From Mucisphaera calidilacus (GTDB lineage Bacteria; Planctomycetota; Phycisphaerae; Phycisphaerales; Phycisphaeraceae), in the NCBI RefSeq assembly GCF_007748075.1, contig NZ_CP036280.1, positions 990,001 to 1,022,000 of the forward strand: a DNA stretch of 32,000 bases, in the 5' to 3' direction. The notes under the pieces are model-generated. The model was given only the letters and a program-made list of their open reading frames with translations, had not been told where the DNA came from and made no database searches. Made by a program: the position numbers and the translations under genes. Below are positions 25,900 to 32,000 of the stretch, piece by piece. How positions within the stretch are numbered: the stretch's first letter is position 1; every line of letters begins with the position of its first letter.

Positions 25900-27633
25900 T
25901 TATTCTTTATCGTCGGCGGGGGTTGCCGAGCCAACATTCAGAGCGGCGAGGAACTCGGTGGAGGTCTTGGCGGCCATGGCACGTTGTCGGACCACGGCGC
26001 TGTTGAAGGTGGACGCGATGAGCCCCAGCAGCTGGATCTGTTCTTCGGGCTGATCGGGCGGTGTCAGGATGAGAAAAATCAGCTGTGCCGGGCGGCCGTC
26101 AGCGGCGTTGAAGTCGATGCCCCATCGCGAGGTGCCGACGATGACGCACGGCTTTTTCAGCGCGTCGATGCGGGCGTGCGGCACGGCGAGCCCGTTGGGC
26201 AGGCCTGTGGGCAGGACACGTTCACGATCCAGAGTCAGTCGCTTGATGTTGGTGGCGTCGAGATCGGTGATCTCGGCAGCGCGTTGGGCAAGCAGCCCGA
26301 TGAGGTCGTCGCGCGTGGCCGCTTCGGGTTCGATGACGATGTACTTGTCGCCGAGATAGTCCTGGAGCCGCTTCTGAGTGGTGCTGCCGAGAACCTTCTG
26401 AATGAGCGGGCCGGCGAGCAGCGAGGTGGTCAGAGCCATGACAACGATCGCGACCATGAGCTCGTCGTTGATCAGCCCGGCCTCGCGGGCGAGTTCGCCC
26501 AGGATGATGCCGACGGCACCCTGTGCCGCCATGCCGAAACCGACAGCCCACGACTCGCGTGTGCTCATGCCGGTTAGCTTTGCACCCAGGACGCAGCCGG
26601 CGATCTTGCCCGTCAGCGCGATGAGGAGAACGACGATGACCAGCGGCAGGTTGAAGTTGTCGACGAAGTTGATACCGATACCGATGCTCGCGAAGAACAG
26701 GGGAGCCGCGATGTTGGAGATGAACTGGTTGATGGTGTCCCGCGTGCGCTCGGTGAGGTGTGTCGAGTCGCCGATGGCGACACCCGCCACGAAGGCACCG
26801 AAGATCGAGTGGACCCCCAGCGACTCGGTGGCGGCGGCGCAGAGCATCGCGATGAACATCACGAAACTCATAACACCACCCGGCCACGACCAGTGTGCCT
26901 GAACGTAAGGAAGCGTCCGATGCAGGAGCGACCGGCCGAGGGTCAGCATCGAGAGCAGGAAGATGATCGTCAGGAGGATGACCAGCCAGACCGGCATGCC
27001 GCCCGTGCCCTCGCCCGTGATGAGCGCCAGGACGACCGCGAACCCGATCCACCCGATGAGGTCGTTGAGCATCGCCGACGAGATGATCAGCGCCCCTAGA
27101 TCGGACTTCGCAAGGTTGAGGTCCATGAGGATCTTGGCGATGACGGGCAGGGCGGTGATGGAGAGGGCGATGCCGATGAAGATGGCGAAGGCCACGCCAT
27201 GCTCCGAGGATCCCGCTCCCAGCCACTGGGGGGCGGATAAACCGATGGTCATACCCATGGCCATGGGGATGGCTACGCCCAGGGCGCTGACCGCCACGGT
27301 GGACTTGCCCTGACGCCAGACGGTCTCCAGATCGACCTCCAGGCCGACCACCAGAAGCAGCATGGTGGCGGAGATCACGACCACGCCCTCGAGGGCGATG
27401 GCCGCTGCCCCCTCCTGCGGAAAGAGATAGAGGAACGCATCCGGTGCGAGATTGCCCAGAACAGTGGGGCCCAGGATCACGCCGGCGAGGATCTCGCCCA
27501 GCACGGCCGGCTGGCGGAGGGATCGGGCCAGCTCGCCAAGGATCCGCGCAAGGCCGAGCATGGCCGCCAGCGCGAGCAGCAGGACCGTGATTTCTTGGAC
27601 TTCAAGCGTCCCAGCAGCGAGAATCGGGTACAT
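25900..27633 (-). CDS. CPA2-family cation:proton antiporter fused to a C-terminal PTS EIIA(Ntr/Fru)-type domain (577 aa)
   Basis: GGAGA lies 7 nt before ATG 27633. GELARSLRQPAVLGEILAGVILGPTVLG is typical of the Na_H_Exchanger family, with about 12 hydrophobic segments. The C-terminal LPTGLPNGLAVPHARIDAL...AQLIFLILTP is an EIIA type-2 signature, with the His codon at 26176-26178. Confidence 0.85.
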   Translation of the reverse strand: MYPILAAGTLEVQEITVLLLALAAMLGLARILGELARSLRQPAVLGEILAGVILGPTVLGNLAPDAFLYLFPQEGAAAIALEGVVVISATMLLLVVGLEVDLETVWRQGKSTVAVSALGVAIPMAMGMTIGLSAPQWLGAGSSEHGVAFAIFIGIALSITALPVIAKILMDLNLAKSDLGALIISSAMLNDLIGWIGFAVVLALITGEGTGGMPVWLVILLTIIFLLSMLTLGRSLLHRTLPYVQAHWSWPGGVMSFVMFIAMLCAAATESLGVHSIFGAFVAGVAIGDSTHLTERTRDTINQFISNIAAPLFFASIGIGINFVDNFNLPLVIVVLLIALTGKIAGCVLGAKLTGMSTRESWAVGFGMAAQGAVGIILGELAREAGLINDELMVAIVVMALTTSLLAGPLIQKVLGSTTQKRLQDYLGDKYIVIEPEAATRDDLIGLLAQRAAEITDLDATNIKRLTLDRERVLPTGLPNGLAVPHARIDALKKPCVIVGTSRWGIDFNAADGRPAQLIFLILTPPDQPEEQIQLLGLIASTFNSAVVRQRAMAAKTSTEFLAALNVGSATPADDKE

Positions 27634-27772
27634 CGACGTCTCCAGAGGCGTTTGGCTTCCCGGTGAGAGTGTAACGGCGCGCGTTGTCGGGGGGTACAGC
27701 CGGAATTCAGCGACGCGTTGAGGGCGGAAAGGATTTGGTTGACTCCGCAGGGCGACTACACTGGGTGTATCT

Positions 27773-28258
27773 ATGGAACGCTCCGTGAAGAAGAGTGAAA
27801 ATGCTCGCGATTCCGGGCCAGACGTGTTGATCTGGTGCCGATCCCATGCCCACCGCCTGGAACGTGCGCTGGAACTGCTTGAACGCCGGGGGCTGCGTGC
27901 TGAGCACGATGTATCGGCCGCCGCGGTAGTTGTGCACATGGCCCGACACGGTGCGCGACTGCTGCTGGTCCTGGAGCCTGAGGAGGCCGGGGCAGAATGG
28001 GTAAGGCGGGCGAACGAGCTGAGACGTGTGGTTGAACGACGTTTCCCGGATACCCGACTACTGACGGTTCATGCGGGCGGTGAGGTGTCGGGGTTGAACC
28101 ACCCCAGGCCCGAAGACGTAGAAGCAGAGGCGGACGTTGTCGTTCCGCCGCGTGTTGAAGTCGCTGTGCAGGATCCCGGTTCGCTGCGTCCGCCCGAGAT
28201 CACGCACGAGGAATTGAGCATGCTCCTGGGTCCCTACCCGGGCGAGGAATCGGCCTGA
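27773..28258 (+). CDS. Hypothetical protein (161 aa), possibly a receiver-like fold without the acidic pocket
   Basis: The ORF ends TGA 28256-28258, overlapping the next ATG (TGATG). The SD for the downstream gene (GAGGAA 28244-28249) lies inside it. Third-position G+C is moderate. The start is uncertain, since I see no clear SD at 27773. Confidence 0.55.
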   Translation: MERSVKKSENARDSGPDVLIWCRSHAHRLERALELLERRGLRAEHDVSAAAVVVHMARHGARLLLVLEPEEAGAEWVRRANELRRVVERRFPDTRLLTVHAGGEVSGLNHPRPEDVEAEADVVVPPRVEVAVQDPGSLRPPEITHEELSMLLGPYPGEESA

Positions 28259-29511
28259 TGCCAGACCCAACCCGTGAATCCGAGACAACGGCGATCGTGG
28301 TCGGGCCAGACCGCTGGCAAGAGGCTGTCGCCTCGGCAGCCGAGCCTCTAAACGGCTCGCTCAGGCTTGAGGCCGCGGATTCGTTGTTGGACGCACTGGT
28401 TCTGGCGGAACGCGAGCACTCCGCCTGCCTGCTGGTCAGTCCGACGGATCAGGTGCCCCTCACCGACGAAGACCTCTGCGCGATGGTAGACCTGACCCAT
28501 CGGCCGCGGCTGGTGGTCGATGAGGGAGCGCGGCTGTCGCTGTCGGCCGACGGTCGTGTCGATGCGTGGCTGTCATCCGAGCCCGGCGGCGAGGCTCTGG
28601 CCTCGGTGGTCGGCCTGGACGCCCGCGGTTCTCAGCACGAACCCAACGCCGAGAATATCCCGGGTGACGTCGATCTCATCGATGCACTCCTGGCAGGCGT
28701 CGATGCGCTGCGTGTGATGCTGCTCGATGTGTTTGCGGGCCAAACGGGTGTGTCGGGTGCGTCGCTGGTGTCGGGGGATGATGTCACGCATCCGCCGGGC
28801 GTCTCGGTGGACGTCGTTCACGAGGGTGTCACCTACGGCCGGCTGGTGGTGACATCGCGACTCGACGTGGCGACGCTACGCCGCTGGGCAGCCTGGATGG
28901 CCCGATGGTTGATGCTCGCAGACCGACAGAACCAGATGCAGGAGCTTGCATTCAGCGACCCCCTGACGGGGGTTCGCAACCGGCGTTACTTCGATCGTTT
29001 CCTCCAGCGAGCGCTGGAGCGGGCCCGTGAAGAGCGGAGCCAGGTCACGGTCCTTGTTTTCGATATCGACAATTTCAAGATGTACAACGACCGGTACGGT
29101 CACGCGGCGGGCGACACGATCCTGCGCGAGTCGGCGCGTCTGATGCAGTCGATGGTGCGCGAGCATGACGTGGTGGCCCGGATCGGAGGCGATGAATTCG
29201 CGGTGGTGTTCTGGGACGCATCCGGGCCACGACAGCCCAACAGCCGGCATCCGCACGACGTGCTGCAGGCGGCCCGTCGTTTCCAGAAGGCCTTGTGCAG
29301 CCACGAGTTTCCTGAGCTTCTGGAGGGGGCTGCGTCAACACTGACGATCTCGGGCGGGCTGGCGAGTTACCCGTGGGATGGCCGCACAGCCACGGAGTTG
29401 ATGGAACGAGCGGATCAGATGGCGTTGAGTTCGAAACGTCAGGGCAAGAACGCCATCACCTTCGGCCCGGGTGCGGCCGACAAATCGTGCGGAGAACCGG
29501 ACGACGCGTGA
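28258..29511 (+). CDS. GGDEF-domain diguanylate cyclase with an unassigned N-terminal sensory region
   Basis: DPLTGVRNRRYF, DIDNFKMYNDRYGHAAGD, GGDEF at 29185-29199, and I-site RxxD (REHD, 29158-29169) exactly 5 residues upstream. Confidence 0.92.
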   Translation: MPDPTRESETTAIVVGPDRWQEAVASAAEPLNGSLRLEAADSLLDALVLAEREHSACLLVSPTDQVPLTDEDLCAMVDLTHRPRLVVDEGARLSLSADGRVDAWLSSEPGGEALASVVGLDARGSQHEPNAENIPGDVDLIDALLAGVDALRVMLLDVFAGQTGVSGASLVSGDDVTHPPGVSVDVVHEGVTYGRLVVTSRLDVATLRRWAAWMARWLMLADRQNQMQELAFSDPLTGVRNRRYFDRFLQRALERAREERSQVTVLVFDIDNFKMYNDRYGHAAGDTILRESARLMQSMVREHDVVARIGGDEFAVVFWDASGPRQPNSRHPHDVLQAARRFQKALCSHEFPELLEGAASTLTISGGLASYPWDGRTATELMERADQMALSSKRQGKNAITFGPGAADKSCGEPDDA

Positions 29512-29528
29512 GCTTTTCACGCCCGGCG

Positions 29529-29557
29529 TTGCTCAGAACGCGCATATGCTGAATAAT
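29529..29557 (+). promoter_or_regulatory. Candidate promoter for the transketolase gene
   Basis: TTGCTC (29529-29534), 17-nt spacer, AATAAT (29552-29557), about 70 nt before ATG 29630. Confidence 0.3.
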
Positions 29558-29629
29558 CGGGGCTTGTGGGCCGGAAGGTATCGGCCTGTCGAATCCCCCT
29601 GATTGTCCTAACTACGAGGTGCGCTGAGC

Positions 29630-31600
29630 ATGTCCTACGATTCCACCATTCACGCCAAGGCCGGCGAACTGATCAAGCTCAGCTACGAAATGACGGCGGC
29701 GGCCGGTTCGGGCCACCCCACGAGCTGCGCGAGCCTCGCGCACCTTGTCACCGTTCTGATGTACGACCACATGCGCTACGAGCCCGCGAACCCGGCACAC
29801 CCGAGTTCGGATCGCCTCGTCCTGTCAGAGGGCCACGCGGTGCCGGTGGTCTACGCAGCCTGTGCTGACCTTGGTGTTGCGATCGGCAAGGACAAGGGGA
29901 ACCTGCGTCCGATGACGGTTGAGGACGCCATGACGCTCCGTGCCATCGACTCGGTCGTCGACGGCCACCCGAACCCCGTCGAGGGCTTCCCCTTCTTTGA
30001 CGCCGCCACGGGATCGCTCGGGCAGGGCCTGTCGGTGGCGGCGGGTCTGGCGGCCGCGGCGAAGATCGACGCACTGGACAAGCGCGTGTTCTGCATCATC
30101 GGCGACGGCGAGTCGCGCGAGGGACAGATCTGGGAGGCCGTTGACTTCATCAAGGACCACGAGCTCAAGGCGGTGCTGCCGATCTTCAACTGCAACGTCT
30201 ACGCGCAGTCGGACGTGGTCAGTCCCCAGCAGACACCCGAGACGACCGCCAAGAAGCTGGAGGCCGCGGGGTACAAGGCGCTGGTGATTGACGGGCATCG
30301 CCCCGGCGAGATCCAGGCGGCCCTGAACGAGCACGCCGAAACCATGAGCAACCCCAACGCCCAGCCGATCGCGATCGTCGCCAAAACGGTCAAGGGCTGG
30401 GGCAGCGCGTCCCAGCAGGGAGACGGCCACCACGGCAAGCCGGCCAGCGGCGACGGGATGGCTCAGGCCCTGGAAGAACTGACCGCGACGCTCAACGACC
30501 TCGGGGCGATGGCCGACACGAAGCTCAGCATCAAGCTCATGAGCCCGCGGAACGCGGAGACGCGCGATGCGATAGCGGCTCCGAGCATGGACGAGGCCCT
30601 CAAGGGCTTCGGCATGGAGGACGTGCTGAGCAAGGGAAAACTCGCCACGCGTCGGGCTTACGGCGTCGCGCTACGTGCTCTGGGCCAGGCGCGTGCGGAC
30701 GTGGTGGCACTGGACGCCGATGTGAAGAACTCGACGTTCGCCGAGATGTTCTCGAAGGACGAGTCGCTGGCGTCGCGTTTCCTCGAGTGCCGCATCGCGG
30801 AGCAGAACATGTTCTCGGTGGCCGCGGGCCTGTCCGCGGCGGGCAAGACGGCCTACACCTCCACCTTCGCGAAGTTTGTCGCCCGCGGTTACGACCAGAT
30901 CGAGATGGCGATCAACTCGGGCGCGAACTTCAAAGTGGTGGGGTCGCACGCGGGCATCTCGCTGGCGGCGGACGGCCCGAGCCAGATGTCGCTGCCCGAC
31001 ATCGCGTGGTTCCGTTCCTTTGCGACGATGACCCGGCCGAACGGCCTGCCCGGCTGCTACGTGCTCCAGCCGTCGTGTGCCTATCAGGCCTACGCGCTGA
31101 CGATGGCGATGGCCGATTTCGACGGCGTCTGCTACATGCGCACGCTCCGGCCGGACATGGAGTTCCTCTACTCGGCCAACGACACCTTCACGCTCGGCGG
31201 CCACGAGGTGCTCTCGCAGGGCCGCGACCTGCTGATCGTCGCCACGGGCTACATGGTGCACCAGGCCAACAAGGCGCTCGAAGAACTGGACAAGCAGGGC
31301 ATCGACGCAACGCTGGTCGACCTCTACTCGATCCCGTTCGACAGCGACGCGATCCTGGACCTCGCGAACGCGAACAACGGGAACATCCTGACGCTGGAAG
31401 ACAACTACGGCGCCGGTGCCGGCTCCGCGATCGCCGACGCCGCGTCGGCCGACGGCGGTGGCTTCACCGTGCAGCAGATGCACGTGCGCAACCTCCCCAA
31501 GTCGGGACGGACGACGGAGGACGTCATGGCCTATTGCGGCCTGAGCGTGAACGACATCGTCAAGGGTGCCATGAGCATGCTCGAACTCTCAACCGCATGA
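29630..31600 (+). CDS. tkt: Transketolase, single-chain animal/TKT-like type (656 aa)
   Basis: AAAGSGHPTSCAS, DRLVLSEGHAVPVVYA, ATGSLGQGLS, IIGDGESREGQIWEA, DADVKNSTF, ECRIAEQNM, GSHAGISLAADGPSQM. GAGG lies 11 nt upstream of ATG 29630. Confidence 0.93.
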   Translation: MSYDSTIHAKAGELIKLSYEMTAAAGSGHPTSCASLAHLVTVLMYDHMRYEPANPAHPSSDRLVLSEGHAVPVVYAACADLGVAIGKDKGNLRPMTVEDAMTLRAIDSVVDGHPNPVEGFPFFDAATGSLGQGLSVAAGLAAAAKIDALDKRVFCIIGDGESREGQIWEAVDFIKDHELKAVLPIFNCNVYAQSDVVSPQQTPETTAKKLEAAGYKALVIDGHRPGEIQAALNEHAETMSNPNAQPIAIVAKTVKGWGSASQQGDGHHGKPASGDGMAQALEELTATLNDLGAMADTKLSIKLMSPRNAETRDAIAAPSMDEALKGFGMEDVLSKGKLATRRAYGVALRALGQARADVVALDADVKNSTFAEMFSKDESLASRFLECRIAEQNMFSVAAGLSAAGKTAYTSTFAKFVARGYDQIEMAINSGANFKVVGSHAGISLAADGPSQMSLPDIAWFRSFATMTRPNGLPGCYVLQPSCAYQAYALTMAMADFDGVCYMRTLRPDMEFLYSANDTFTLGGHEVLSQGRDLLIVATGYMVHQANKALEELDKQGIDATLVDLYSIPFDSDAILDLANANNGNILTLEDNYGAGAGSAIADAASADGGGFTVQQMHVRNLPKSGRTTEDVMAYCGLSVNDIVKGAMSMLELSTA

Positions 31601-31754
31601 CCTGGTCCGGCTCAGGTCCAGATAACAGGGGATGCGCTGCGGCTCTCCGCGCCACGCGCAACGCGTTCTGTGCTGACACGGTCAGGCCGGACGCGATCGC
31701 CTGCTGTCACTCGGGTGCCGTGTGGCGGTCTGGGGATTGGAGTAGAGTTTTGGG

Positions 31755-32000
31755 ATGATGGCTTCGGTGTCGGACGAGCTGGTGTCGCTGATCGAGCGTG
31801 GTGGTGTGGTCATGTGGCCGCTGCTTGGGCTGAGCGTGCTGGCACTGGCGATGGTCCTGGAGCGGCTCTGGTTCTTGTTTCGTGCCGCTGGCCCCGGGTC
31901 GCGTGCCGAGTATGAGGTGCTGGTGGGGAATCCCGAAGCGGACGTCCGAGGCGGGTCGATCTACGCGATGACGGTGTCCGGGCTGCGGGGGGCGCGGACA
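31755..32000 (+). CDS. MotA/TolQ/ExbB-family proton-channel protein, N-terminal fragment (runs off the window)
   Basis: Not in the ORF track because no stop is reached. In-frame TAG at 31743-31745, then ATG 31755. Translation: MMASVSDELVSLIERGGVVMWPLLGLSVLALAMVLERLWFLFR..., which matches the usual GG-x-x-M-x-PLL...ER N-terminal helix of ExbB/TolQ. Confidence 0.55.
   Translation, partial: MMASVSDELVSLIERGGVVMWPLLGLSVLALAMVLERLWFLFRAAGPGSRAEYEVLVGNPEADVRGGSIYAMTVSGLRGART

Noticed and set aside
23724-26006. ORFs 23724-25043(+) and 25107-26006(+) opposite the oxidoreductase fusion
   Set aside because: Shadow ORFs. The minus-strand frame carries Rossmann, EKP and AKR tetrad motifs.
26222-27226. 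334-aa minus-strand alternative-frame ORF within the antiporter gene
   Set aside because: The translation is Arg/His/Pro-rich with no hydrophobic segments. The annotated frame gives a canonical CPA2 membrane domain.
30671-31758. ORFs 30671-31483(-) and 30787-31758(+) overlapping the transketolase gene
   Set aside because: These are shadow or alternative-frame ORFs with low-complexity Arg/Gly/Asp translations. The tkt frame is unambiguous.

Overview
This is a 32-kb high-GC bacterial chromosomal segment, roughly 60% G+C or more inside genes by hand counts of a few lines. I can support 20 protein-coding genes, two of them cut by the window edges. I recognise no rRNA, tRNA, CRISPR array, transposase or integrase. 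The gene content (a prepilin-type DUF1559/H-X9-DG protein, PEP-CTERM exoproteins with dockerin-type repeats, a DUF4953-like secreted Zn-metalloprotease) suggests Planctomycetota, possibly a Phycisphaerae-like organism; this is inference only. Layout: (i) 1-7115 is an alpha-glucan utilisation operon: LacI regulator, membrane-anchored CBM48-GH13 enzyme, a solute-binding-protein::permease fusion and a second permease, with no ATPase gene. (ii) 7379-18829 is an envelope/exoprotein block: an H-X9-DG pseudopilin-like gene, an AT-rich 520-bp divergent control region, two tandem exoproteins sharing a (dockerin x2)+PEP-CTERM tail (the second is a 1495-aa HExxH + repeat protein), a plant-type GDP-mannose 3,5-epimerase homologue, and a convergent secreted metalloprotease. 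(iii) 18984-21406 holds pirin, recA and a small Cys-rich ORF where recX often sits. (iv) 21545-29511 holds an orphan secreted 706-aa protein, a Gfo/Idh/MocA::aldo-keto-reductase fusion, a CPA2 antiporter::PTS-EIIA fusion, and a small ORF translationally coupled to a GGDEF cyclase. (v) 29630-32000 holds an animal-type transketolase and the start of an ExbB/TolQ-like gene. I do not see a self-contained, clearly novel system such as a defence island. The most unusual items are the tandem dockerin/PEP-CTERM exoprotein pair with its giant modular protein, the sugar-ABC SBP::permease fusion, three other domain fusions, and the recA-linked Cys-rich mini-protein. All family calls come from motif recognition by eye; no searches were run.
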